From: Octopus bimaculoides
Taxonomy: Eukaryota
Direction of reading: 5' to 3'
Assembly (NCBI RefSeq): GCF_001194135.2
Contig: NC_069000.1
Span: forward strand, 462,885 to 512,216
DNA: 49,332 bases
Position 1 is the stretch's first letter. The number at the start of each line of letters is the position of its first letter. Position numbers and translations under genes: made by a program. Below the pieces are notes generated by a model that saw only the letters and a list, made by a program, of their open reading frames with translations, was not told the DNA's origin and made no database searches. Of the stretch, positions 24,415 to 36,341 are shown piece after piece.

Positions 24415-24590
24415 TTGCTTGAAATGGCAGCCAAATTTCTCAAATTATACTCTACCATCTTAATGGGAACATTAGGCATTGTAGTCTCAGATAAAGATGG
24501 TGGAGGATGAGATGGTCACGGCTAGAGCGTCTTTGATCATAGGTTTGGTCGATACCAGAGCTGACACCCGAAGCTAAACAACCACAATGA
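24415..24590 (+). mobile_element. Repeat family C, near complete
   Basis: gaaatggcagccaaatttctcaaattatactctaccatctt...gatggtcacggctagagcgtctttgatcataggt...gctaaacaacc. Confidence 0.8.
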
Positions 24591-25265
24591 CGAAGCGACA
24601 GTTCTTCGTTTCAAGTCTGCCAAAAATGGTTTTGGTTGTCTGCACAAAACATCAGATCCTAAATCCAGCTGATAGAAGTAGGACCCCATACCTTTTGTGA
24701 ATATTCGGTAGACTAGCACTTTCTCCTTGGGCCGATAATCTCCACTGCTTATTAATACGGAACATGTGTGCACCCACTTTCCTTCGTATCTCGCTTATTC
24801 TGTTTCTGCATCAACTTGCAGCCTAAATCTGATTTCGTTTGCCAATCACACATTCATCAACACACCTACAAACCTACCTGCATAAATGTCACCTGCCCTC
24901 TTTCATCTCGTTTCATTAATCAAGCACCCTCGCGCCGAACCATAATACCGTCGCTGCTGCTGCTGCTGTGGAAGATGCTACAAGCGACATCTGTTATCAT
25001 TTACATTAAATATTGATTTTAAATCCGGCTGTGGTCAGCGTTGCCTTTCATCCCTCGATGGTCGTCGATAAAATAAAGTACCGATCGAGTACTGGTGTCG
25101 ACGGGAATGACCTGGCTCCACCCCGCCNNNNNNNNNNNNNNNNNNNNNNNNNNNNNNNNNNNNNNNNNNNNNNNNNNNNNNNNNNNNNNNNNNNNNNNNN
25201 NNNNNNNNNNNNNNNNNNNNNNNNNNCCCCGCCTCTAAAACATTTCCTATCTCCTGCTTCAATTA

Positions 25266-25445
25266 GGGCGGCGGGCTGGCCAAAAGAGAGGCCAAAATGC
25301 TTAGCAGTAATTTTTTCCGGCTCTTTATGTTCTGAGTTCAAATCCCGCCGAGGTCGACTTTGCCTTTTATCGATTCGGAGGCGATAAAAATAAAGTACCA
25401 GTTACGAAATGGGGTTGATGTAATCGATTGCCCCCCCCCACTCCC
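25266..25445 (+). mobile_element. SINE family A, near full length (another partial copy at 25028-25112)
   Basis: ggcggcgggctggcc...aaatgcttagcagta...gttctgagttcaaatcccgccgaggtcgactttgcc...aaagtaccagttacg. Confidence 0.9.
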
Positions 25446-25644
25446 ATCAGTCTCCTTCAACTTTTCAGATCAGATTCAAAGCAGACTTTCTCTCTTAATA
25501 TTGGAAGGAGTCTTTCCTCGGAACATTACTCTCTATAGAGTAAACACCCTGGACTATTCCCATCGTCCACAGAACTATTCGCAACCTCCCTGCTTCAATG
25601 TGCAACTCGTTACAAGAGAGTTTTCTCTGCTAAAGCCTCTCCCA

Positions 25645-26043
25645 AGCTGCAAAAAAGCTAACTTTCGCTCCTATTGCGACATATTTCTACAGAATGTTGT
25701 AGAGAAGATTTTGGTCAGCATTATCCTTGCCGAGTTCATTCAACAGGTTGGTTTATCTCTTCTTCTCCAGACTCAGATTTTTTACCATGCACGAAGAAAT
25801 AATGACTCGATACATTCAACATATCAATTACAAGACGGAAATGTATTGATCAGAGACTTGCACCGCCATCATTGCTTCATTGATCTCATTGAGATCTTTG
25901 ATTCGGTTAACCAGGGTGTATTATGGATGATAATTCTCAGAATAATTTATTGTCCTTACAAATGTACAAATATTATCAATTCCGTTCATGATTATAAGAG
26001 AGCGTGTCTTGTAATTTGTGGAGAATGCTTCAATCAGTTTTAG
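25645..26043 (+). mobile_element. Decayed reverse-transcriptase fragment of an RTE-type LINE
   Basis: ...NFRSYCDIFLQNVVEKILVSIIL...QLQ...CFIDLIEIFDSVNQGVLWMIILRIIYCPYKCTNIINSVHD... follows the N-terminal RT pattern NYRGISLL..GKILA.I.L...QLQEKC...FIDL.KAFD.V....LW..L...GCP..F.NII.S.HD. Confidence 0.8.
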
Positions 26044-26193
26044 TGTACAACAGGCTGTGATATAACCGCTTCTGCTACATGTGTGTGAGTGTGTACGTAT
26101 TAGCCTACATGTCTGAGTGTTATTTCTAGCGAGCTTTTGTTTCATCTTCACGGTTCGCTTGATGCTGATTGTATTTTGTGTAACGACAGCGAT

Positions 26194-26332
26194 ATGACAG
26201 AATCGTTAAAGCGTCGTACCAAAGAATTCCTTGCGGAACTCGTTCTAACTCTCCACGTCCTGAGTTCAAAGACCGCCCAGGTTATTCACCCATCATCGTT
26301 TCGGAGTTGTTAAATGTAATAACATCAGTCAA
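26194..26332 (+). mobile_element. SINE family A, decayed (another at 29089-29167)
   Basis: tgacagaatcgttaaagcgtcg...cacgtcctgagttcaaagaccgcc. Confidence 0.6.
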
Positions 26333-28191
26333 GTTCTTTGATTTATTCTTTGTCTCTCTCTGTCTTCTCTCTCAATGAAAATCAATAATGGGTCCCCTAT
26401 GGAGGTTGGGGCTATTATATGATAAAATGAGAAGGGTGCAAAGAGTGTTAGCTTGAAGGGTGGTGACATAAAGAGGGTGGCTGGTATCAGAGAAGGGGAG
26501 GAGACAGGAAGAGACAGAGAGAGAGGGGGGGAATGTGAAAGACAGAGCGGAAGAGAGAGAGAGAATGTGTTGACTGAAGGGAACAGCGAATTTTAATGTT
26601 TTGTTCTTTAATTGTTGCATAATTACTTAACGCTTCAGTGAATTAACAACTATCGTCTGCTCAGTCAAAACTTGACAATATGTCCAACAACAGGTGTGAA
26701 ACTAGCAAGCCAAAGGGAAAGTGTTTTTGTATTTGTTTTCAAATTACCGTATTAAGATTTATTAAAACTTTACCAACTGAAACAATAAACTATAGATAAT
26801 GTCTTTCCTTTTCTTCCATAGATAAATAGCCCCGTCGTTGTTTATTCCTTATCAGACCATGTCTTCACCGACAGAGAGGCCTCTTGATCAGGACAGATTT
26901 GTGTAATTTCTAGCAAAAGAAATTCCTTGACGATCTTTTTCCGTTTTTGTTCGACCGTTTCACATGACTTTATTCATTGAAACTTATTAAAACTTCAGAA
27001 GTTCTTAAAACTTTGGTCGTCATAATGCTTTGCTTTCGTTTGTTTAATAAATTCCTCCTCCTAATGATTTTGCTTTCATTTTGTGATTAGGTAAAATTGA
27101 TTAAACTTTGAACCCCAGTAACATTTTATTGCAATTTTTCTGGAACAAATAAATTACAAAATCGGATTTAACGTGGAAAATTATTTCAATATACCAAATT
27201 TGAAAATTTTGAAGTAATTTTAAAATTTCACAATGTCACAGCAACAGGGAGGCCCCTGCAAAATTGCTAATAATCAATCATCAATCGTTTCCTAGTTGCA
27301 CATCGTCAATCTTCTCATCCTTCCAACCCTCCACCAATTCAACTTTGATNNNNNNNNNNNNNNNNNNNNNNNNNNNNNNNNNNNNNNNNNNNNNNNNNNN
27401 NNNNNNNNNNNNNNNNNNNNNNNNNNNNNNNNNNNNNNNNNNNNNNNNNNNNNNNNNNNNNNNNNNNNNNNNNNNNNNNNNNNNNNNNNNNNNNNNNNNN
27501 NNNNNNNNNNNNNNNNNNNNNNNNNNNNNNNNNNNNNNNNNNNNNNNNNNNNNNNNNNNNNNNNNNNNNNNNNNNNNNNNNNNNNNNNNNNNNNNNNNNN
27601 NNNNNNNNNNNNNNNNNNNNNNNNNNNNNNNNNNNNNNNNNNNNNNNNNNNNNNNNNNNNNNNNNNNNNNNNNNNNNNNNNNNNNNNNNNNNNNNNNNNN
27701 NNNNNNNNNNNNNNNNNNNNNNNNNNNNNNNNNNNNNNNNNNNNNNNNNNNNNNNNNNNNNNNNNNNNNNNNNNNNNNNNNNNNNNNNNNNNNNNNNNNN
27801 NNNNNNGTGTGCATTCATGTTATGTACGTGTCCTGTCGGTGCTACTGGTATTCCATGCTATCCGACTTTGGAGGAGCGTTCAACTAAGACGGAAGAATTG
27901 TTCATATACAATTTCTTAAAACATTGCAGCTGGTATGTATAAACCGTTGTTGTTGTTGATCGTCTCTTCTCTTTACTCCGACTCGATCCCCCCACCGCCA
28001 CCCCCCACCACCATTTTCATTATCACTGCCGCCGCCATCATCATCAGCCCCCACCGCCGCCGCCGCCGCTTACTCATTGTCGTTAATGCACCAAACGAAT
28101 TTTAATAATTAAAAATAAACAAAATCTTAAAAAGCAAAACTTCCTAAACATGGTGAGCCAACAGAAGTTGCCCTCTTGTACCGTCACTAGT

Positions 28192-28582
28192 CTGCTAGAA
28201 ATAACAGCCGGTCCTCCCTCGCTGTCTTTCAGAAATAAAAGTAGAGGACCCTTTAGATAATGTTGTCGTAAGTATTCCCTTTTGAAATGAACGGACGGGG
28301 AGGAAGCACGATGATGGGTCTTCTTGGATCAGAGCTGACCTGTGGCCGAAGCGAAACGATGTCTTCGACAAGAGGTTCTGTTAGAAACAGCAGCTAAAGC
28401 TCTCGTAAATTACACTCTACCGTCTTTTCCAAAAAATGACTGAAGGATACATTATAGAATGTCTAAGAATATCTAGGATATGAATGACTAGGTGGACGGA
28501 TGGTCACAGTTGAAATAGCTTTGGCCAAAGGATCTGCTGATCGGCTGCTCAGATCTCATGACCTTGGGCTAAACAACAACAG
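28192..28582 (+). mobile_element. Two head-to-tail copies of repeat family C (28192-28362, 28380-28582)
   Basis: Each begins (ct/tt)agaaa(t/c)a(a/g)cagc and ends near gagctgacctgtggccgaagc or gaccttgggctaaacaacaac. Confidence 0.7.
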
Positions 28583-28932
28583 TGCAAAGCAGACACATGA
28601 AACAATCACAAAACTATGACCATAACAACAACAACAACATTGAAAACTATGGGAAATTAAAAAACAAAAAGAAAACAATAGCAAAAGTCCGAAAGTAAAT
28701 AAACCAAAATGTCTAAAGATGAATGAGTAGAGAGAGAACGCCATGAAAGCTGTTGTCTTCCGTTCAATCATCTTCGGTTGCATAAATGTTTATCGGGTTC
28801 TATAATGATGATAATAATAATAATAATAATGATCTTGGTGGAAGGGGCTGAAGTCTGTGTCAGTGTCTGTCGACAAACGGTGAAGAAAAATGTCCCGCAA
28901 TACAAGCTACGTATTAATATATTTACCTAAAG

Positions 28933-28977
<45 letters not shown>

Positions 28978-30065
28978 TGTATGTGTGTGTCTATGTATTC
29001 TAAATCTTGTTTCGATATTGTCCGTTTGTGTTATTCCAGAACTAAATTCCTAGAGGCGGGGGGAGGTGGGAGAGGTTGGAAGACTCAAGAGCGCCGAACG
29101 AAATGTCTTATGGGATTTAGTTACAACCTTTTAAAGTTCTGAGTTCAAATCCAAACGAGGGTAACTTTAAAATAAAAACCGACTTTGATTTAATGTTTTC
29201 AACCAACCATCGATAGCTATGAATGGATTTTTAATAGAACACTGCTCAATTTTCTTGTGTCGTCGTTGGATCGTATCTGTATATCTAGTCTTCAATATGC
29301 TTATCTATATATCTTCCCCACCATCCGTTTATCTCTCTACATACCCATCTATGTATTGGGGTAGCTGCTTGATTTACTCTGCTCCACTGTTTATTTTTCG
29401 GTCCCCACTGTACCATCCTCTCTGTATGTTTGTTTATATTTCTAATTTCTTCTTTGCAAATCTGTCTATCTGTCTAAATATCTATCTAACTGATGAACCA
29501 TCTTACCACACAAACACACATATATATGTATGTATATATATATATATATATATATCTTGGTCTATTACATGTTCTGTTGGTATGTTGTGTTCCTCAAACA
29601 GTTGTACGATCTTCGCTATCTGTTACACATCTTCTACCCAACTTATAAACACCCCACCACGTAGTAAATATAGTTTTAAACAAAGCTCATGTTACACACC
29701 TCAATGTTTAAGCTATTATGTACACCCTAGCCCTGCCTATTTCCACACCCTACATATATTATGTTACGTCATATAGTGATTCAGCCCCAGAACAGCTCTC
29801 AAGAAGACCTCTAATCAAAATGATTCCACATGTGACTTTCCTACCTTGTTTTTACCAATTTGTTTCTTCCAGACAAAGCATTCTCTGGGCACCACAGCTC
29901 ATGTGTCAGTTGTTTTTTTTTTAAAGATAAATAAGTATAGGGTGTGATTTGACAAAACTTTGGTTGCTATTTCTAGCACTTTGTTAATTTGCTCAGCACT
30001 GGGTTTACTGGTTGGATTCTCGGTTAGCCTGTGTTGTTGTTGCTGTTGTTGTTGTTGCATATAAT

Positions 30066-30345
30066 GAAAGATTAGAGAGGAATGGAGCTAGTATATTCTG
30101 CCGGGTATGCAATGTCAGTGTGCATTTATGACAAAGTGCAAAGTGTATTGAGAGGGGAAACTAGGCCTAAGAGGAATTAGATGGAGTCTGCAAGAGAGGC
30201 AACTCTTTGGTCATATGATGTTTATGGATGAGGAGAGCTGCATACAGAAATGCCAGTCACTCCAAAAAAGAATGAAACATGGGATGAAGTAGAGAAGGCT
30301 AAGCCTAAGATGCTGAGCATCAGAGAGGAGAACAAAGGACCCAGC
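30066..30345 (+). mobile_element. Decayed C-terminal fragment of an RTE-type LINE ORF
   Basis: With frameshifts: ERLERNGASIFCRVCNVSVH / KLGLRGIRWSLQERQLFGHMMFMDEESCIQKCQSL / ETWDEVEKAKPKMLSI. This fits the RTE C-terminal pattern (MLRWMC.V...LRWFGHV.RM...KTW.E). Confidence 0.8.
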
Positions 30346-30439
30346 TACTTGGGAAGACCCACCTATCACTGTCAAAATGAAGTCCTAAAAGCATTCTGTT
30401 TATGCTTGTAAACTATTCTACCTTGTCAAGCATTCCCTG

Positions 30440-31090
30440 CATCTTATTCCTCTAACAACCAGCCCTCCATCACTCCTCAATCTACCTGGCACAGCACCCC
30501 CTCCACCTAGAATCCCTTCCCCCCATTATCCCCCCTCCCCGTCCTCAACCACTAATTTTCTCCAATCATCCCCTTTCTGTACCTTTCGTTATCTCTCTCT
30601 CCTTTGCCATACTCTACTTTAACACCTCACTTATCTATAGTCTTTCTCTTCCCCCCTCTCACCCCCCTTACTATAGCCACCCTTATGTAGCCTCCCTCCC
30701 CACCACCCTTCCCCTTCCACATCCCTACCTTCTGATCTCCCCTCCTTCCTGAGCCACTTTACATCTCTCCATCCTGATGCTTCCCTTCAACTGCACCCCT
30801 CCACCCTTGTCCATCACTCACTACATTCACTTCTACCCCCACCTCTTTAACCATCTCTTACTCCGTCCTCCTATGCTCCTATCCCCTCCTATGCTCACCT
30901 TCTTGGACCTTGAAAGTTTGTTCTGGCACTCCATTGTTACCGTCTTTTATCTCCTTCCCAACTACACCCACCTACCTCTCTCTCTCCATATATATATATA
31001 TATATAGTAGGGGTTGGTCATGTACCCCCTCTATGTTTGTTCCTCTATCCTACTTCAGCCTTTCACCCACCCCCCCTTCAATACTACTAC
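30440..31090. repeat. C-rich low-complexity tract (G-rich on the minus strand)
   Basis: Many C3-C6 runs; origin unknown. Confidence 0.7.
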
Positions 31091-31180
31091 CCGCAACTTC
31101 GTAGTGGAAGCTTTTCCCTTTTGCTTTTTCCTATCATGCTAGTTACTTGGCAACCTCTCCCCAGGGCCACTACATTCTGT

Positions 31181-31289
31181 AAAGAGGTGTTCAAAGCTCT
31201 TCCCAGTGACATCGTGAGGAATGCATGGGCCAAGTGCTGCATCCACCTTGAGGCCATGACTGGAAGCTGAGTGGGGCTACTTTGAGGAA
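31181..31289 (+). mobile_element. Tc1/mariner transposase C-terminal fossil
   Basis: KEVFKALPSDIVRNAWAKCCIHLEAMT(+1 frameshift)EAEWGYFEE matches the recurrent terminus ...LP.D.VR.AC..F..RLEA..EAEGGYFE of Tc1/mariner transposases. Confidence 0.7.
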
Positions 31290-32527
31290 ACTCTTATCTC
31301 CCAGCCATCATCATCTAGTTAATATTTTTTTTTTTCGATTTTTTTTTTTTTAAATACCGTATTTTTAGATGGAATATTGTGTTTCTTTTTCCTTTTATGC
31401 AAATGATCAAAAACATTGTAGATATATGAATATGTATGTGTGTATCATCATCATCATCATCATCATTAAACATCCATTCTCCATTCTGGCATGGGCCGGA
31501 TGGTTTTACAAGAGCTGGTCAGCTGAAGAGCTGGTTCCAGTGCATGTGTGTGTGTGTGTGTGTGTAAAACCATAGCAAAATGGCTAATCAAACCATAAAT
31601 ATGTTGGGTCTTCCCCCCCCTCTACCCATATATTCAACTATGTACCTGACCACCACCACCACCCTCCCTCTCCACTCTTGTGCATCTTTGCTCCACCCCC
31701 ACCACATCCCAGTCTTATTACAAGCAAATATCTTGTCTATCAAAGTGAAGTTGAACCGATGTCTGTGTGTTGCTTATTTGCATAATGACACTCCGAGTTA
31801 TCACAGAATCTGTTTCGACATACGACTTTACATGAGGAATCTAGCAAACCAAATGCAAAAATGAAATGTGTGTGTGTCTGTGTGTGCATGTGCGCATCTG
31901 TGTGTGTGTAGATATATACATATGTAACTGAATAAGCATCCATATTCATTTATTCTTATTTTTACAGGTAAATAATGATTATATATATATTTATGTGTGT
32001 ATATTTATGTGTGTATGTATTTATGTATGTATTGACATGAATATGAAATGATGTTTGTTGAATCTAAAAAGGAATGTCAGCCATATTGTTTCTTTCGCTC
32101 ACCATTGACACACAATTCTCCAACAGGTTTCTACATGTCCTCTTGACCATTGCTTATTGTTTCTCACTTGGCAGACAGCCATTACATTTCTCAAAATATT
32201 GATTACTCTTAACTGGGCTCTCAGCCAAATTCTCTTTCTTTCCTCCTGTCTTTCAGCTTTAGTTTTGTTGTTGTTGTTTTTTTTGTTCTCATTTTCTTTT
32301 CTTCCCCCCCCCCTTTTTTTCATTGTAATGAGAATCGTAGTATCTACTTTTCGTTTGTCATATTTTGTCCCAGTGTGTTAGGAGTCAAGAGTCTTGAAGT
32401 TGGTGGCTCAGCCAAATTCCTTATGTTTTACCTTCTCATTGAAGAGTCAGTGATTTATAGCAAATACAATTCCTCTGCAACCTGAGGAAACTTGTGGTGG
32501 TCTGGTGTCAGTAAAAATACAAATTTA

Positions 32528-32702
32528 TCATCACCCTTTAATGTCCCCTTTCCATGCTGGTATGGGTTGGATGGTTTGACAGGAACTGGTCAGCCAGAAG
32601 ACTGCACCAGCCTCCAATTGTCAGTTTTAGCATGATTTCTATGGCTGGACGTCCTTCCTAACTGCAACCACTTTACAGAGTGTACTGGGTGCTTTTTTTT
32701 TT
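32528..32702 (-). mobile_element. Repeat family D (SINE or non-autonomous element with RTE-like (GAT)n tail)
   Basis: tttaatgtcccctttccatgctggtatgggttggatggtttgac...ctgcaccagcctcc...ggctggacgtccttcctaa. Related copies at 31444-31545 (-), 45013-45105 (-), 47398-47505 (-) and 36342-36472 (+). Confidence 0.75.
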
Positions 32703-33010
32703 GTGTCCTATAGAAGACAAATTTTAACCATTGAGAGCAAGGATCCTTCTTTGCAGAAAAAAATAAAAGGAATGGCTTTCAGTGATACAGCCTTTGACAT
32801 TTTCATTAGAAAGATTTCAAGGAAGATCAAAGGACAGAGAGATTTATTCCTTGCTGCTAAAAACAGTTTAATTTTTTTTTTCTCTGAAGACGATGTCCCC
32901 CACTTAATCCCTAAAACCTTAAAATTCATGTCTTTCCCATGTTCTGCAACTTATTCTAATTAGAAAGCAATATTGATTTGATATTGTACAAATTTGATTG
33001 GAGCGGAGGC

Positions 33011-33412
33011 TTAGTCAATTACATCAACTCCACCATTCAACTGGTGCTTATTTCATCGATCCCAAAAGGATGAAAGGCAAAGTTGACCTCAGCAGAATGT
33101 TGTCTCGGTCCATTTCTGGATGAGATTGACTGCCCTGCTCGTCACTTCACTCCATTTCTTCTGTTCCTGGACCAAACCCAACCCTGAGCAGTTTAACCAG
33201 TCCTTCCATCTAGCATCCCACAAGTGGGGGTGGGGAGACAAGGAGGTTTTAGTGGACTTAAACCAGCTCTCATATTTGATTGGCTCTTTACTTATCAACC
33301 CCTGGGCAGAATGAAAGGCAGAATTGGCATTGGTGGGCTTTGAACTCAGAATGTAAAGAACTGCTTCAAGTACCACAAGGCATTTGTCTGACACACTAAC
33401 AATTCAACCAAT
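33011..33412 (-). mobile_element. Two SINE family A copies (33011-33098, 33235-33412), CpG-depleted
   Basis: ggatgaaaggcaaagttgacctcagcagaat and gaatgaaaggcagaattggcattggtgggctttgaactcagaatgtaaag. Confidence 0.8.
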
Positions 33413-33531
33413 CTATCAACAACAACAACAACATCAACAATAACATGATAACTCTACATCGTCCACATGAGTGACTTGGCAGGAAGCCAGGTTTCTGACA
33501 ATTGCTATTACTATCACGTTACTACTACTAC

Positions 33532-33569
<38 letters not shown>

Positions 33570-33707
33570 TTTCTGCGATTACTGTCACAACTTAAAAATA
33601 TCACCAGGTCTGTCGGTATGATCACTGCTACTGCTTCTGCTGCTGCACCTGCCACCACTACCACCACTATACAAGCCAATAAGTGAGCCCTTACATGAAT
33701 ACCAGAC

Positions 33708-33886
33708 CTGCTGGAAATAGCAGCCAAATTTCCTCCTAATCACTCCCTACCACCTGGACATATTGGATAATAATGTGTTGAGTTCCCTGCAGGAAACAGG
33801 AGATAGATAGGGTGGTCACAGCTGGAGTGTCTTTGGCCATAAGACAACTCAATCAGAGCTGGCCTGGGGCTGAACAACAATAACAA
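33708..33886 (+). mobile_element. Repeat family C, near complete
   Basis: gctggaaatagcagccaaattt...ggacatattggataat...ggtggtcacagctggagtgtctttggccata...ctggggctgaacaacaa. Confidence 0.8.
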
Positions 33887-34149
33887 CCTCCAATGTATAG
33901 ACTGTATGGGTCAGTTAGGAACATTTGGCTACCACCACCATCACCTCCACCACTGTAACCCACCTGCCACCAAACCACTATACCACCACCACCACCACCA
34001 TGACTGCTACTACAACACCAAGTGAACAGTTGTGATTGATTAACCAAATGATTGGCGGAGAGAGAGAGAGAGAGAGAGAGAGAATCAAACATCATTTAAG
34101 TGTCTGATTTCATCAGCCATATCACTAGTGTGTGTGTGTGTGTGTGCGT

Positions 34150-34191
<42 letters not shown>

Positions 34192-34332
34192 CATGTGAAC
34201 TTTGTGTTAGTTAAAGTCTGCTTGTGACATATTTCAACTTCCAAAGGCAAATTCACTGCAGTTACCATAGGGAGAAACAAGTTCTCTCTTATCATAAAAA
34301 AAAAGATGTAAAAACATCATATCTGCCCATAT

Positions 34333-34377
<45 letters not shown>

Positions 34378-34457
34378 NNNNNNNNNNNNNNNNNNNNNNN
34401 NNNNNNNNNNNNNNNNCCCCATTTTATGTTATTTCTTCACATCTCTGTTGCACGCAG

Positions 34458-34560
34458 CAGCTAATCCAGTTAAACCCCTCCTCTAATGCTTCTCACAACT
34501 GACACATTGCACGGCAGCTCCTGAATTCATCCAGCATCATAGTTACCGGTGGTTCTGTTG
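34458..34560 (+). other. Candidate non-coding (5' UTR) exon
   Basis: Pyrimidine-rich stretch then tandem CAGCAG acceptor (AG at 34456-57 and 34459-60); TG|GTAAGT donor at 34561; local CpG retention; non-repetitive. No transcript evidence. Confidence 0.3.
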
Positions 34561-34699
34561 GTAAGTGATGTGAAACCATCACATTCAATCCGGCCGTGGT
34601 ACATCGAAGGAACAACTACGAGCGCTTAGTGGTGCTCAGCAATTTCCTCTTGGATGTCCATAATTAAAGCTGACAGCTGCACACCAACCGAGACAGCCT

Positions 34700-34945
34700 G
34701 AAGAACAGGCAGACAGGCAGACAGGCAGGCAGACGGTCAGACAGCTTGTTAAACATGTAGCTAGTTGATGGCTGGATGGTTGGTGGGCCGGATGGATATG
34801 TGAAAGGCAACATTGTAAGTTCAACGATAAACATATAACTTGGTTGGTAAATAGAATAGACAGATAGAGAGATAGAGAAATAGACTGACAGACAGACAGA
34901 TAGACAGATGGATGGATGGATGGATGGATAGATGGATGGATCATT
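34700..34945. repeat. Tetranucleotide repeats (CAGG/CAGA/GATA/GATG)
   Basis: Direct reading. Confidence 0.85.
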
Positions 34946-35061
34946 TAGTAAATATATGCAGGTTGGTAGAGTCAGAAACAAAAGTTGATTTAAAGCTCAA
35001 ATCCCATTGAGCATCATAGATAAAACCATATTGGCTATTGTAATGAATTCCATTCCCTTGA

Positions 35062-35315
35062 AGAGTTGGAGTGGTCAGGGTTGGAATGCTTTTGATCATA
35101 GGTCTGCTCTGTCAGGGTTGACCTGAGACTAACCAACTATAACAACCTCCAATGTATGAGCCAATCAGGAGTCTCTAGCAGGGTCACTTGGCCAGTTAGA
35201 AGTATCAGCTAAATATCCCTCAAATCACAATCTGCCACCTTAAAAAACAAAAACAAGGAAATAAGGAAAAAAATGGGATGGTCATGGTTAGACTGTCTTT
35301 GATCAAAGGTCTGCA
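35062..35315 (+). mobile_element. Repeat family C fragments (35062-35146, 35195-35315)
   Basis: gtggtcagggttggaatgcttttgatcataggtctgctc and cagctaaatatccctcaaatcac...gggatggtcatggttagactgtctttgatcaaaggtctgc. Confidence 0.7.
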
Positions 35316-35340
35316 CCGACTCCAGTGTGTACACACCTCT

Positions 35341-35503
35341 CAGGGGCAGACCCAAGGGGTGGGGCTGATGGGCACATGCCCCCCCCCCCTCAAGAAAAGA
35401 AGAGTGCCCTTCTAAATAATGTTATTGTGCCCTTTTCTCCTGGAATTGTATTCCCTTCTGACCTTGTGCCCTCCCATTCAAGAAATTCCTAGGGCCATGC
35501 CTG
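35341..35503. mobile_element. Short hAT-like MITE with apparent 5-bp TSD
   Basis: Begins caggggcagaccc and ends gggccatgcctg; flanked directly by cctct at 35336-35340 and 35504-35508. Confidence 0.55.
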
Positions 35504-36341
35504 CCTCTACAAATGTGTTTACTCACACAAATTACATAACTTGCCAATTTTTACATTTACTCACATCTTGCCACATCAACAGACATCACAGAAAGTCACT
35601 TCCATGCATTTACTTGCATTTCTTCACTACCATAAACAGCACTTTGGTCCTTACACACGTCTCACACACACACACACACAGCCCTTCCCTTCCTCTATAA
35701 ACACTCCCACCCAATCCCACCTCCACCTCCACGCCGTCTCGTCTTCTGTGTCACGCCAGTTTATTCCAGTCAACACCAACGTGTGAGGAGCTGATTTACT
35801 TTTCACCAGACTGGCTATGCCCCAGCATGGCCACAGCCTTTGTGGAAGTATGCAAGTATATGAGGCTAGTTTAGTGTGAGAGGAGAGGATCTAATCAACT
35901 GATTATTCCCTCAGTGTATTACTGGTATGGAACTAAGGTGGCTGTGTGGGAAACAGACTGAATGAATTACTTGCTCAAGGATGATGTGGAGTCTAAATCA
36001 GATCCAAACATCCTTCACCCACACCCACACCCACACCCACACCCTCACCCTACCCCTCAACAAAAACACACAATGTTATTTCTTCCAGGGTTGTTGTTGT
36101 TGTTGTTGTTGTTGTATAGCCCCAGGTTCGCCTTGATCCAGTAGTCCATATACTAACAAACGTAATTGACCAGGTCAAAGATTTACTGCTGGATTAGCTG
36201 GACTGACTGGCAGAGGTTAACTGGCTGTTGTTGTTGCTGCTGTTGCTGTTGGTGTTGTTGTTTATCCTCAGACGAACCCTGATTAAACAGAGCTATGATT
36301 AAAAGGGTTCCAGTTGGACCCATGAAGGACTACATTGTCAA

